A stretch of 64,000 nucleotides of DNA from Deltaproteobacteria bacterium (GCA_024639185.1 JAHEIW010000003.1:10416-74415), one strand, 5' to 3'. Positions 1 to 10,662 are shown, counted from the stretch's first letter. Notes: generated from the sequence alone by a model not told the origin. Translations and numbers: made by a program.

Positions 1-1637
1 AAATCCGGATCTAAGCCCTGCTCTTTGAAAACCGCCCGCCACAGATCATATCGAAACTGATCGCTCCAGCCATCAAAACGGCAGCCTTTTTGATAGGCCG
101 CCACCAGCAAACGACTCAATCTTCGATCGCCGCGGGCCCAGACCCCTTCCAGCCAGCTGACTTTCGGATCCTGCCATTTAAATTGGATCCCTGGCAATTT
201 CAGATGCCCCTGCAGCCGCCGGATGCGCTCCTGGGATTCGGCCAAAGGCAGCTGGGCGGCCCATTGGAAGGGGGTATGGGGTTTGGGAATAAAGGTGGCC
301 ACACTGACATTAATCTTGCCCCGGCGCCCGGCGGTTTTTTTGATGTGTCGCAGGGATTTGACCAAATCAACCAGGGCCTTCAAATCCGCTTCGGTTTCGG
401 TCGGAAGTCCGATCATAAAATACAATTTGATGACCTGCCAGCCCAGGTCAAATGCATCTTTAACTGTTTTTGTGATTTCAGTGTCGCTGATATTTTTATT
501 GATAACGTCGCGCAATCGCTGACTGCCGGCTTCAGGGGCAATGGTAAAGCCGGTTTTACGCACCGTTTTGATCAGGTTCATCAGTTCGGGCGTCAGCGTT
601 CCAGCCCGCAGAGACGGCAGGGATACCGCCACATTCTGGCTTGCATAGCGCAACATCAATCGCTCCATCAGCGGTATGATACAACCGTAATCGCCGGTGC
701 TTAGCGACAGCAGGGAGATATCTTCGTAACCGGTGCTGTTGATGGATTTTTCACACAGGTCGGCTAAAGAATCCGGTGAGCGTTCCCGCACCGGCCGGTA
801 GATCATGCCCGCCTGGCAAAAGCGGCAGCCGCGGGTGCAGCCTCTGGCGACTTCCAGCCGCAGGCGATCGTGAACAGGTTTGCCAAAGGGGATGATCGGT
901 TTGTGGGGGAAAGGCACCCGGTCCAGATCGGCGACAAGGGTCTGGGTCACACGGGCATAATCCGCATGGCGCGGTTCCAGTTTCTGAAAACCACAGTCAT
1001 CATAGCGCGGTCTGAAAAATGCAGGTATATAAACGCCTTCAATCTTTGACCACCGTTTTAAAAGTGCGTCTTTATCGCTGCCAGCGTTCTTTTTCCACTC
1101 CAGCCAGCCTTCGGCCAGCTGCAGGATGACACTTTCGCCGTCGCCAACAACCATGGCGTCGAAAAAATCCGCAACCGGCTCAGGGTTGCAGGTACACGGG
1201 CCACCGGCAATAATCAACGGGAACGATTCGTCCCGCCGGGCGGCATAAAACGGAATGCCTGACAGCTCCAAAATGGAGAGTATGTTCGTATAGTTCAACT
1301 CGTAAAGCAGGCTGAATCCGATAATGTCAAAGCGGCCAAGCGGTTGACGGGATTCCAGAGAAAACAGGCGCAGCCCGGTAGCTCTGAGGTGCCGGTCCAT
1401 ATCCAATCCGGGAGCAAACACCCGCTCGGCGGCGATATCCGCATGTGAATTGAGAATATGATACAGGATTTGCATCCCGAAATGCGATGTACCGATTTCA
1501 TATAGGTCCGGGAAGGCCAGCGCAAAACGCAGTTTGACACTGGCCGGATCTTTTTTGACCTGGTTAATCTCTCCTCCCAGATAGCGGCTGGGTCTTTCAA
1601 CCAGCGGGAGTATATCTTCGATGGTTTTAATGCTCAT
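1..1637 (-). CDS. B12-binding radical SAM protein (TIGR03960-like), 3' end runs off the window
   Basis: ATG at 1637 gives MSIKTIEDILPLVERPSRYLGGEINQVKK..LAFPDLYEIGTSHFG..GGPCTCNPEP..EVARGCTRGCRFC (CxxxCxxC). Absent from the ORF track, apparently because it runs off the window without a stop. Confidence 0.85.
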   Translation of the reverse strand, partial: MSIKTIEDILPLVERPSRYLGGEINQVKKDPASVKLRFALAFPDLYEIGTSHFGMQILYHILNSHADIAAERVFAPGLDMDRHLRATGLRLFSLESRQPLGRFDIIGFSLLYELNYTNILSILELSGIPFYAARRDESFPLIIAGGPCTCNPEPVADFFDAMVVGDGESVILQLAEGWLEWKKNAGSDKDALLKRWSKIEGVYIPAFFRPRYDDCGFQKLEPRHADYARVTQTLVADLDRVPFPHKPIIPFGKPVHDRLRLEVARGCTRGCRFCQAGMIYRPVRERSPDSLADLCEKSINSTGYEDISLLSLSTGDYGCIIPLMERLMLRYASQNVAVSLPSLRAGTLTPELMNLIKTVRKTGFTIAPEAGSQRLRDVINKNISDTEITKTVKDAFDLGWQVIKLYFMIGLPTETEADLKALVDLVKSLRHIKKTAGRRGKINVSVATFIPKPHTPFQWAAQLPLAESQERIRRLQGHLKLPGIQFKWQDPKVSWLEGVWARGDRRLSRLLVAAYQKGCRFDGWSDQFRYDLWRAVFKEQGLDPD

Positions 1638-1712
1638 TGAGTTTGGGGTGATACACAAAACGCAAAATGTTTAACTTATTTTAATCATGCATCCATATAT
1701 AGCCGAAAAGAG

Positions 1713-1841
1713 AAAGTGCCTAAAATGCCTAAAGTGAGCTAAAGTGACTAAAGTTGAGGAATTCTATCATTTATAAAACGGCGGAGCGAAGTGACACCAT
1801 AACTTTAGGCACGCCAAACTTTAGTTCACTTTAGTCACTTT
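1713..1841. repeat. Inverted element with tandem AAAGTG(A/C)CT-like arms
   Basis: aaagtgcctaaaatgcctaaagtgagctaaagtgactaaagtt, a spacer, then aactttaggcac..actttagttcactttagtcacttt. Confidence 0.75.
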
Positions 1842-2009
1842 TCGTATGTATTTAAGCCAGACTGATTTCCTGGTGTACGTCATGTTACCAGATTCACTCA
1901 AATAATAGAAGAAGGTGTCTTTATTTTCATGGCAAGATGTTTATATTTGAGCAGCCATACGGGATTGTGATGTCAAACTGCCCCGGACTGCAATACCGGA
2001 AGAAGATGT

Positions 2010-3422
2010 ATGCATAGACACCTTGACCGCATAAAAAATAATATGGGTTACAGCCTTTTTGCTTTACTTTTTCTTCTTTTGGTATTTGGTTTGCCCCAAC
2101 CGGGTTGGAGCCTGAAAACCGAACGCGAAAGCCCGATCGTACGGGCCGTGCGCAAAGTCAGCCCGGCTGTCGTTAATATAAGCTCCTCGTATGCCGTCCG
2201 CAAGCGCGCCAATCCCTTCTCCGGTTTCGGCATGGACCCGTTTTTCGAAGAATTTTTCAAAGACTTTTTTGACCCGCGTTTCGAAAGCCGCCAGGAAAGT
2301 GCCAGCCTGGGCTCCGGGGTGATCATCGACGGTAAGCGCGGCTTAATCCTCACCAACGCCCATGTGATTGAAAAGGCCAGCCAGATCAAAGTCGTGCTGG
2401 AAGATGAGCGGGAGTTCGATGCCAAAATCGTCGGCGCCGATCCGGATTCGGACCTGGCTGTGTTGCAGATTACGTCCCCAAACCGGTTGCCGGCAATCGA
2501 CATGGGCAGCAGCGATGACTTGATGATCGGTGAAACGGTGATTGCCATCGGTAATCCTTTCGGCTTTTCGCATACGGTGACCACCGGCGTCATCAGCGCT
2601 GTCAATCGCAGCGTGCGCAGCGAAGAAATGGTTTTTCATGATTTTATCCAGATAGACGCCTCCATCAATCCCGGCAACAGCGGCGGACCGCTGTTAAATA
2701 TCAACGGTGATCTGATCGGCATCAATACGGCCATTTACGCCAAAGCCCAGGGCATCGGTTTTGCGATTCCCATCAACAAGGCCAAAAAAATTATCGCCGA
2801 CCTGATTCAATTCGGCGAGGTCATCCAGGCCTGGATCGGCATCAGCGTCCAGGAACTGGACCGCAAACTGGCCGGCTACCTGGATGTCCCCGGTAAGAAA
2901 GGCGTTGTGGTCAAAGCCGTGGAGTCCGGCAGCCCTGCCCGCAAAGCCGGCCTGCAGGAAGGCGATATCATATTAGCGATCGGCTCAAAAAAAATAGCCT
3001 CACCGCGGGATTACTGGTCGGTCAAAAAAACATATGCCGCTGGAAATTCAGTTAAAGCCCGCATCTGGCGTGACAATCAAATCAAGACGATATCCATTAA
3101 ATCCCGGGTTTTCCCCATGGAGCGCGCTGACGGCCTGGCCTTTCGCACTATGGGAATTCGAGTCAGCAATATCACAAAAGAAAACCGCAACTATTATCGT
3201 ATCCGGACCCGTGAGGGCGTCGTGATTAGGGAAATTGCCCGCAACAGCCGCCTGGATCGAATCGGGGCGCGTCCGGGCGATGTCATCCGCCAGATTGACG
3301 ACATGACGATTTCAAACACAGAAGATTTTAAAAAAGCCATTGTCAAATATCGTCAAAAACAATCGGTGGTCATCCTGCTGCAGAGGGGAGATCAGGGGTA
3401 TTATATCACAGTTAAATTATAA
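2010..3422 (+). CDS. degP: DegP/HtrA (Do) serine protease with two PDZ domains
   Basis: LTNAHV, DSDLAV and INPGNSGG catalytic motifs; signal peptide; start may be ATG 2043. Confidence 0.93.
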   Translation: MHRHLDRIKNNMGYSLFALLFLLLVFGLPQPGWSLKTERESPIVRAVRKVSPAVVNISSSYAVRKRANPFSGFGMDPFFEEFFKDFFDPRFESRQESASLGSGVIIDGKRGLILTNAHVIEKASQIKVVLEDEREFDAKIVGADPDSDLAVLQITSPNRLPAIDMGSSDDLMIGETVIAIGNPFGFSHTVTTGVISAVNRSVRSEEMVFHDFIQIDASINPGNSGGPLLNINGDLIGINTAIYAKAQGIGFAIPINKAKKIIADLIQFGEVIQAWIGISVQELDRKLAGYLDVPGKKGVVVKAVESGSPARKAGLQEGDIILAIGSKKIASPRDYWSVKKTYAAGNSVKARIWRDNQIKTISIKSRVFPMERADGLAFRTMGIRVSNITKENRNYYRIRTREGVVIREIARNSRLDRIGARPGDVIRQIDDMTISNTEDFKKAIVKYRQKQSVVILLQRGDQGYYITVKL

Positions 3423-3566
3423 AGTTTGGATTCATAAATGGCCCTTTTTCCGATGAGCTGTGTTCTCCGCGAGTTTCAGCCCTCGACGTACTCTAAGTAC
3501 GCCTCAAGCTGAAACCCTTGTGCGGCCTAGCTCATCAAAAAAATTGCCTATTTCTGATTCCAAACT
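3423..3566 (+). repeat. ERIC-like palindromic element, copy 1
   Basis: Terminal IR agtttggattcataaat / atttctgattccaaact; core CTGTGTT..ACGTAC-tctaa-GTACGC..GCCTAG. Confidence 0.7.
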
Positions 3567-3637
3567 AAATTTCGTAAATTCTAAACCATCCACAATTAAT
3601 AGATAATTTTGTCTTGGAAGCATTTAGGGAGGTTCGT

Positions 3638-4231
3638 ATGCACAAATTCATGTTACGGATAATGCTGGTCGGCTTGGCGGTGTTTTTCTTGTATGCCTGC
3701 GGCTACAATACCATGCAACAATACGAAGAGGCGGTTTTCAGCGCCTGGGGTAACGTGGAGTCCAACCTGCAAAGACGGGCGGATCTGATTCCGAATCTGG
3801 TTGAAACCGTCAAAGGCTATGCCGCTCATGAAAGAGAAACCCTGGAAGCCGTGATCAATGCACGCGCCAAGGCCACATCTGTTGAAGTCTCGGCCGCCGA
3901 CCTGAGCAATCCCGCCGCAATGCAGCAATTGCAGGCCGCCCAGGGGGAGCTGTCCTCGGCCCTGGCCCGCTTGATGGTGGTGGTCGAACGTTACCCGGAT
4001 TTAAAAGCCAATCAGAATTTTAAAGATTTACAAAACCAGCTGGAGGGCACTGAAAACCGTATCAATGTCGCTCGCCAGCGCTATAATCAAAGCGTGGAAA
4101 CCTTTAATTTTTCGATTCGCAGGTTTCCCAACAGCCTGACCAACAAATTGCTGCTGCATCTGGAGCGCAAAGAATACATCAAAGCCGAAGAAGGTGCCGC
4201 ACGCGCACCGGAAGTCAAGTTCAACGAATAA
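3638..4231 (+). CDS. lemA: LemA family lipoprotein
   Basis: CGYN lipobox, [37 protein letters not shown]; RBS ggagg. Confidence 0.93.
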   Translation: MHKFMLRIMLVGLAVFFLYACGYNTMQQYEEAVFSAWGNVESNLQRRADLIPNLVETVKGYAAHERETLEAVINARAKATSVEVSAADLSNPAAMQQLQAAQGELSSALARLMVVVERYPDLKANQNFKDLQNQLEGTENRINVARQRYNQSVETFNFSIRRFPNSLTNKLLLHLERKEYIKAEEGAARAPEVKFNE

Positions 4232-4261
4232 CGCCAGGGGTGTAACGGATAAACGGACGTT

Positions 4262-5161
4262 GTGAATATGCCAAAACGCTATCGGGTCATTCAAATTCTG
4301 GTCGTGTGCGGGTTGATCTGTGCTTTCGGGGTTTCCAACCTTCTGGCACTGGAAGTCCCGCCGCTCACAGGTCGCGTAAACGACACCGCCGGAATGCTCT
4401 CCGCGACCACCCGGCAGCAGCTGGAGGACGTCCTGGCACGCCTGGAACAAACCGATTCCACCCAGATTGTCGTTTTGACCATCCCAACCCTGGGCGGTGA
4501 GGTGCTGGAGGAATTTTCCATCAAAGTCGTGGACCAGTGGAAAATCGGCCAAAAGGGTCTTGATAACGGCGCTGTGCTGTTGATTGCCAAAAATGATCGC
4601 AAGATTCGCATCGAAGTCGGTTATGGTCTGGAAGGTTCCCTGACCGATCTGATGGCCGGCCGCATCATCGGTAACGTCATTGTGCCGCAATTTAAGGCCG
4701 GTAATTTCGACCAGGGTGTCATCAACGGCGTGCAGGCGATGATCAAAGTCGTCAGAGGCGAATACAAGGCTTCTGATAAGGGGCCTGGCGGCGGAAGCCA
4801 GAGACAAAGAAAAGGCACGGCCGGACTTGGCGGCTTATTTGCGTTCATATTTTTCATCAGTATGCTGGGCCGGCTGCGACGTCCGCTGGGAATTGCCGCC
4901 GGCGGCATCCTGGCGCCGATCGCGGCATCCCTTTTCTTTAACCTTAGTTCCATGTGGCTGCTGCTGTCGATTCCCATCGGTTTGCTGGCCGGCTTGATTT
5001 TAAGTTTTCTGGGCTCGCCGCTCGTATTCGGTCACGGTCATCACCATCATCGCCACACCGGCGGCTGGTGGTCTGGCGGGGGCGGTGGGGGATTTTCAAC
5101 CGGCGGGTTTGGCGGCGGAGGGGGCGGCTTCGGCGGCGGAGGGGCTTCCGGCGGCTGGTAG
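4262..5161 (+). CDS. TPM-domain protein (YgcG-like) with TM helices and Gly-rich tail
   Basis: GRVND.AG, WKIGQKGLDNG, RIEVGYGLEG, C-terminal GGGGGFGGGGASGGW. Confidence 0.9.
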   Translation: MNMPKRYRVIQILVVCGLICAFGVSNLLALEVPPLTGRVNDTAGMLSATTRQQLEDVLARLEQTDSTQIVVLTIPTLGGEVLEEFSIKVVDQWKIGQKGLDNGAVLLIAKNDRKIRIEVGYGLEGSLTDLMAGRIIGNVIVPQFKAGNFDQGVINGVQAMIKVVRGEYKASDKGPGGGSQRQRKGTAGLGGLFAFIFFISMLGRLRRPLGIAAGGILAPIAASLFFNLSSMWLLLSIPIGLLAGLILSFLGSPLVFGHGHHHHRHTGGWWSGGGGGGFSTGGFGGGGGGFGGGGASGGW

Positions 5162-5224
5162 CGGCCATAATTCGGAAATAGGATCTGGTAATATGTTTAG
5201 GTTGTAAATCAGAAATTTAGCGGT

Positions 5225-5403
5225 GGCCATGTCATTTTCTGAAAGTCGCTATGACATTTAATGTGCAGGTGCCCCGATATTTGGGAGTTAACACACGCCA
5301 CAGTTAAACCGAATGCCTAAGTGCACATAATCCCAAATATCGGGTCACGGTGCAACCGGTCCGTCAAGTGCAGGCATATCGACTTTCAGAAAAAAACATG
5401 CCC
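5225..5403. repeat. Nested palindromic MITE-like insert within the lemA operon
   Basis: Outer IR catgtcattttctgaaagtcgctatg / catatcgactttcagaaaaaaacatg; inner IR cccgatatttggga / tcccaaatatcggg. Confidence 0.7.
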
Positions 5404-5501
5404 GTCTGCCCGAAGTAGCACAGGCAACTTTTAAAAGGGGGCTATTTTGAACTGAACGATATTCTAATTGACTTCGGATTGACGAAACCGGGAAATAACG
5501 A

Positions 5502-6155
5502 ATGAAAGATCTGGCCCAAAATTTCTTAACCGATGATGAACGCAGCCGCGTGGAAGATGCGGTCAAGGCAGCGGAAAAATTGACCGCTGGCGAAATTGTC
5601 GTGATGATTATTTCGCGCAGTTATCAATATCCGCTGGCCAATGTCATCGGCGCAGCGAGCTTTGCGCTGCCGCTGGCATTGATATCGACGCCGCTGACGG
5701 GGTCATGGTTGTGGATCGGCGCACAGAATATGTGGCTGTTTTTGGGATTTCTCACCGTTTTTTTTATCCTTTTCCATGAAATTATCAAGCGCACCGGTTG
5801 GCTTAAACGTCTTTTTATCTCTCAGCGGGAGATCGATGACGAGGTTGAAGAAGCCGCTGTGACCCAATTTTTCGATCAGGGCTTATACCGCACCCGCGAT
5901 GAAACCGGCGTGCTGGTTCTGATATCCGTTTTTGAACGCAAGGTTTGGATCCTGGCAGATCAGGGTATCAACGCCAGGGTCCAACAAAACCAGTGGGATG
6001 ATATCGTTTTCATGATCACAGAGGGCATCAAACAACAGCGCCCGGCGGATGCCATCTGTGCGGCGGTTGAAAAAATAGGGGATCTTTTAAAAACCCATTT
6101 TCCCGTCAAACCCAATGACACCGACGAACTGAAGAATTTGATCATTGAAACATAA
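5502..6155 (+). CDS. TPM-domain membrane protein (third gene of the LemA operon)
   Basis: AEKLTAGEIV, GLYRTRDETGVL, ILADQGI, HFP..DTDEL. Confidence 0.88.
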   Translation: MKDLAQNFLTDDERSRVEDAVKAAEKLTAGEIVVMIISRSYQYPLANVIGAASFALPLALISTPLTGSWLWIGAQNMWLFLGFLTVFFILFHEIIKRTGWLKRLFISQREIDDEVEEAAVTQFFDQGLYRTRDETGVLVLISVFERKVWILADQGINARVQQNQWDDIVFMITEGIKQQRPADAICAAVEKIGDLLKTHFPVKPNDTDELKNLIIET

Positions 6156-6329
6156 CAGCCGTTCATACATTTTGCCCCTATCATCCAAGTCAATTCCAAT
6201 CCTAAAGTTAAACACCATACAAATTTTACTAAAGTTCTTTTCGCAATGCACCGATAAGAATATTGGATCGACATCATATCAAAAACTGAATGATTTCGGT
6301 CGGCTCTTCTAACAACTGTTTTAGAACGA

Positions 6330-6410
6330 TTCTCAAGATAATGCCAAACTCTGAGTAATCAGGGGACGGAAAGCCACGGGTCCGCCGGAGGTGGACGGCC
6401 GGGTTACCTA
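6330..6410 (+). ncRNA. c-di-GMP-I (GEMM-I) riboswitch aptamer
   Basis: GCCAAA-CTCTGA-GTAA-TCAGGG-GACGGAAAGCCACGGGTCC..GGACGGCCGGGTTACC matches the GEMM-I consensus (GNRA loop, GACGSAAAGCC, GCCGGGTTRCC). Confidence 0.88.
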
Positions 6411-6418
6411 CCGAGGCT

Positions 6419-6458
6419 AAAAAGCTGGGTTGCCCGGAAATGGTGGCTCAGCTTTTTT
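6419..6458 (+). terminator. Intrinsic terminator, riboswitch expression platform
   Basis: aaaaagctgggttgcc-cggaaat-ggtggctcagctttttt. Confidence 0.8.
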
Positions 6459-6489
6459 CATTGGGCCGCCTGGATGGAAAGGTGATCAA

Positions 6490-8601
6490 ATGGAATTGAA
6501 CGGGGGGATTAATCCATACGAAAGTTTTCGTTTTGGTTTCGGGTCCATCGATACCATTCGTCAACAGCTTACAGCCGCGACGGCGCGCCAGCAGGACAAG
6601 GCTCCGGTGGACCGCGATCGGTCGATCTTCACCCACCAGCGGGTCATGCGCATGCGCGAGGCGGTGCAGGCCATCAAACCCGAGATGCTCGAGCCCGGCC
6701 AGGTTCAGGTTGCCAGCCCGGCCAGCGCCACATCGGCTTCCAGCCTGGGCCTGAATACAACGGCGACGTCCGCCACCCTGCAGTCCACCGAAGAGGTCAA
6801 TGCCTCGGCAACTTCATTTTCGGCAAGTGAGTCGGGATGGGAGGGTAGTTCCACGGCGCAGGCTTCCATCAGCGGCGAGTATGACGGCTCCAACGGTACG
6901 GACACTCTCACATTTAAAGTCGACATGGGCGGCACCCACGGCTCAGACAAACTGAAGCTCACGGTCACGGATTCCAATAACAACACAATTGATGTCATCA
7001 GTGTCAATAAAAAAGACACCGTCGACAAGCAATACAGTCTTTCCAACGGGCTAGTATTCACTCTGGGCGCGGGTGAGCTTGTCCAGGATGATACGTTCAC
7101 GCTAAATGTTGATGATACGGTACCGACTTCCTATTCGCCAGCCGCACCGCAATGGGCCGGTTCGACCGCATCGGCCACGGTTGCAGGTGTCTATGACGGT
7201 TCCAATGGCACCGACATCCTCACATTTTCAGTCACAGCAGGGGGAACGCATGGTCAGGACAATCTCCAGATCAGCGTATTTGATTCCAGCAACAATCAGA
7301 TTGACCAGATCAATATTAACAGCGCGGACAGCATTGATCAGCAATACGCTCTTTCCAATGGCCTGACCTTAACCCTGGATGAAGGGAATCTTTTGGAGAG
7401 CTCCAGTTTTACAGTGGCGGTTTACGGCAATCAGAGCGGCACCGTAAACCCGGATAATCCCTTTAACGGAACCGGCAATGATGACCCGAATCTGGAAAAG
7501 GGATTCAGTGTTAGCGACGGCTCGTTTGACATCAACGGGACCAGCATTGATGTCAACGCCAGCGATACCCTCAATGACGTGCTCGATCGCATCAACCAGT
7601 CGGATGCCGGTGTGACCGCCACCTTCGATTCCGCCAGCGAAACGGTGCGGCTGACCCACAAAACGGCCGGTGCCGGGCAGGATATCGTGCTGGCCAATGA
7701 TACGTCCGGGTTTGTGGCGGCCACCAAACTCGACGGGGCAACGGCAACTCCCGGCACGGACAAAGATGCAGATTTGACCCTGGCCGAGGTGGGCGCCTTT
7801 TCAGCGGTGCAAAGCGGCAGCATCAGCATCAATGGCGTCGCCATCGATATTGACGTCGATACAGACTCATTGAACGACATCATCGATCGCATCTCAACTT
7901 CTGAGGCCGGCGTACAGGCCAGTTTTGACAGCTCCTCCCAGCGGGTCTCGCTGCGTGCCGAAAGCACCTCCAGCCAGATGGAGCTTGCCGGAGGCAGCAC
8001 CAATTTTTTCATGGCTGTCGGCATATCGGAGGGGACTTATAATGCAGTCGATGATCTGATTGAGGCCTCGAGCGTCAATGTGAGCGATGTCACCGACCGC
8101 ATCGTAGACGCCATTGTTGAAGAAAACAGCGAAAAACCCTGGGAGCAGGCGCCGACAGTCAAAGCAGCACCGATCTCGGCAATAAAAAGCCAGATGCTGA
8201 CCTCCCTGGTGGGCCGCATCGCCGGCTCCATGAATACGCTGTTTGATGATTCGGCTTTTGAGGGCGCGCCGGGCAGTTTCCTCGAAGACGCCCGTAACGG
8301 CATCCGCAACGCCATATCATCCTGGTCGGGTTCTGAAGGGCCGCAATTCAACACCGACTTCGGTATCCACTTTGACTTTGATAAAACCAAAGAGGGGGTA
8401 TTTAATTTCGGCCGGACGGAACAGCAGCAGTTTAAGTCTGCGCTGGCTACCCCGGAAGGTGCGGCTGCGGTGAGCAACGCCCTTTTCGGGCAGGATTCCG
8501 GCGGGCTGTTCAACCGGCTGCATGCCTCCCTGACCGCATCCGCCGCGGGTCTGGAAAGTGAAAACAACGCGACCGGTGTTTATCTGGATATATCCGCCTA
8601 A
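6490..8601 (+). CDS. FliD-like protein with flagellin-hook IN repeats
   Basis: Two GSxxINGxxIDVxxxDSLNDxxDRI..AGVxAxFD units; duplicated YDGSNGTD..LSNGL module; C-terminal GVYLDISA; RBS aaggtg before ATG 6490. Confidence 0.7.
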   Translation: MELNGGINPYESFRFGFGSIDTIRQQLTAATARQQDKAPVDRDRSIFTHQRVMRMREAVQAIKPEMLEPGQVQVASPASATSASSLGLNTTATSATLQSTEEVNASATSFSASESGWEGSSTAQASISGEYDGSNGTDTLTFKVDMGGTHGSDKLKLTVTDSNNNTIDVISVNKKDTVDKQYSLSNGLVFTLGAGELVQDDTFTLNVDDTVPTSYSPAAPQWAGSTASATVAGVYDGSNGTDILTFSVTAGGTHGQDNLQISVFDSSNNQIDQININSADSIDQQYALSNGLTLTLDEGNLLESSSFTVAVYGNQSGTVNPDNPFNGTGNDDPNLEKGFSVSDGSFDINGTSIDVNASDTLNDVLDRINQSDAGVTATFDSASETVRLTHKTAGAGQDIVLANDTSGFVAATKLDGATATPGTDKDADLTLAEVGAFSAVQSGSISINGVAIDIDVDTDSLNDIIDRISTSEAGVQASFDSSSQRVSLRAESTSSQMELAGGSTNFFMAVGISEGTYNAVDDLIEASSVNVSDVTDRIVDAIVEENSEKPWEQAPTVKAAPISAIKSQMLTSLVGRIAGSMNTLFDDSAFEGAPGSFLEDARNGIRNAISSWSGSEGPQFNTDFGIHFDFDKTKEGVFNFGRTEQQQFKSALATPEGAAAVSNALFGQDSGGLFNRLHASLTASAAGLESENNATGVYLDISA

Positions 8602-8944
8602 TACCGTTGGTGTCAGGTTTCAGTGTTCAGGTGTCAGGGCTCAATGACTCGTGGTTGCAGGTTGTGCGTTTCGTTTTACGGACCTCAGGCGTCAGTCCTC
8701 GACACGCATTCCTTCTTTTTTGATCCTGACATTTAAATGCCTAAGCTTATCTAAACGGACGAATTCGCCAAAACTCCACCACGAACTACTAATACCCAAT
8801 CATCTTTCATAGTGTGTGCCTTCCAAGAGTATATCTTGCCGACTTGGTATCACAATGCTATAAATAAGATTAGAAGAATACCGATTTAACCGGCACAACG
8901 GGCTCAACCGGCAAACCGGCTAAACCTATCATAGGAGAGTCCCT

Positions 8945-10327
8945 ATGGAACGCACGAAAATATTTGAACTCTTGAATTCAGATGACTCTATGGAGCAGGT
9001 GTTGATAAAAGGCTGGGTCCGCACCCGACGCGATTCCAAAGGGTTTTCCTTCATCGAAATCAATGACGGTTCCAGCCTGAAAAACATTCAGGTGGTGGCC
9101 GATGAAAAATTGCCCAATTATGCGGACGTCAAACAGTTGAGCACCGGCTCGGCCATCGCCGTTGGCGGCAGCCTGGTGGCATCCCAGGGCGGCGGCCAGC
9201 GCTGGGAAATCCAGGCCGATGATGTGCAAATCATTCATCTGGCGCCGGAAGATTATCAATTGCAAAAAAAACGGCATACAGACGAATTTTTACGAACCAT
9301 CGCCCACTTAAGGCCCCGCACCAACAAGTACGGCGCTGCTTTTCGCATTCGCTCTGAGTTGGCTTACGGGATTCACACCTTTTTTCGGGAGCGTGGTTTC
9401 CGATATCTGCATTCCCCGATTCTGACCGGCTCGGACTGTGAGGGTGCCGGGGAGCTGTTTCGAGTAACCACTCTGGACCTGAGCAAGCCGCCATTAAAAG
9501 AAGGCAAAGCCGATTACGCGCAGGACTTTTTCGGCACCGAGGCCAATTTGACGGTTTCTGGCCAACTGTCGGCCGAGATGTTTGCCCTGGCCCTGGGAGA
9601 TGTGTATACATTCGGGCCCACTTTCAGGGCCGAAAACTCCAACACCCGCCGCCATGCGGCTGAGTTTTGGATGGTGGAACCGGAGATGGCCTTCTGTGAC
9701 CTGGACGGCAACATGGATCTGGGCGAAGAACTCATTCGTGAACTGACCACCTACGCCATCGATAATTGTGCCGATGACCTGGAGCTTTTCGCCCGCTGGG
9801 TGGATAAAACCCTGATGGCTACATTGGAAAATATCGCCCAATCCGACTACATTCGTTTACCGTATCGTGAAGCGGTGGATATCCTCGGTCAATCCGGCAA
9901 AAAATTTGAGTATCCCGTGGGCTTCGGCAACGATTTGCAGACTGAACATGAGCGCTTTTTGACCGAAGAACACTTTAAAAAACCCGTCATTGTCTATGAC
10001 TACCCCAAATCCATAAAGCCATTTTACATGCGCGTCAATGACGATGGGGAAACCGTGGGTGCCATGGATGTCCTGGTGCCGCGCATCGGTGAAATCATCG
10101 GCGGCAGCCAGCGTGAGGAACGCCTGGAGGTTCTCGAAGCGCGCATGGAGGAAATGAAAATGGACAAAGCCCCCATGTGGTGGTACCTGGACGCCCGTCG
10201 CTATGGCAGCGTGCCCCACAGTGGCTTCGGGTTGGGCTTTGAGCGCTTTTTAATGATGATCACCGGCATCCGTAACATCCGCGACGTGATCCCGTTTCCA
10301 AGGACGCCCCAGAACATCGAATTTTAA
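8945..10327 (+). CDS. asnS: Asparagine--tRNA ligase
   Basis: GWVRTRR OB-fold, LTVSGQL, FRAENSNTRRH, GGSQRE, GFGLGFER. Confidence 0.97.
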   Translation: MERTKIFELLNSDDSMEQVLIKGWVRTRRDSKGFSFIEINDGSSLKNIQVVADEKLPNYADVKQLSTGSAIAVGGSLVASQGGGQRWEIQADDVQIIHLAPEDYQLQKKRHTDEFLRTIAHLRPRTNKYGAAFRIRSELAYGIHTFFRERGFRYLHSPILTGSDCEGAGELFRVTTLDLSKPPLKEGKADYAQDFFGTEANLTVSGQLSAEMFALALGDVYTFGPTFRAENSNTRRHAAEFWMVEPEMAFCDLDGNMDLGEELIRELTTYAIDNCADDLELFARWVDKTLMATLENIAQSDYIRLPYREAVDILGQSGKKFEYPVGFGNDLQTEHERFLTEEHFKKPVIVYDYPKSIKPFYMRVNDDGETVGAMDVLVPRIGEIIGGSQREERLEVLEARMEEMKMDKAPMWWYLDARRYGSVPHSGFGLGFERFLMMITGIRNIRDVIPFPRTPQNIEF

Positions 10328-10646
10328 GCAGAAGCCATCATCATTCGGAGACGAACACTCCTGGTATTAACCTGCCGGCGGATTGATCCGCAATGGCGAA
10401 TTCAATGCATTTCTTTATTTAACGATGGTTTATCTAAATCCGCGAATTAAGCGGATCCACAATGGCCCCCGATGTACTGCATTTTATTAATCCCCGATTG
10501 ACAAGAACCGACATCGATACTTTGTTCACATAAAGATACCTTTTTTGTGTGATAAAGTATAATCCGCAGATTGCTATATCCTGGACGGTTGTCCGGCTTA
10601 CTTCTAACCGGCTGAATTTATATGTCCTATAATGACTCCCGCATTA

Positions 10647-10662
10647 TGGTATGTCTTTTGCT
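10647..10662 (+). promoter_or_regulatory. sigma54 -24/-12 promoter
   Basis: TGGTATGTCTTTTGCT (GG-N10-GC) upstream of the lipoprotein/DUF1501 operon. Confidence 0.6.

Noticed and set aside
90-704. 204-aa plus-strand ORF, and the many other antisense ORFs in the track
   Set aside because: Shadow frames opposite well-supported genes (here the radical SAM gene), with no recognisable motifs.
6330-6410. c-AMP-GMP (GEMM-Ib) riboswitch
   Set aside because: The position-20 equivalent is G, not A.
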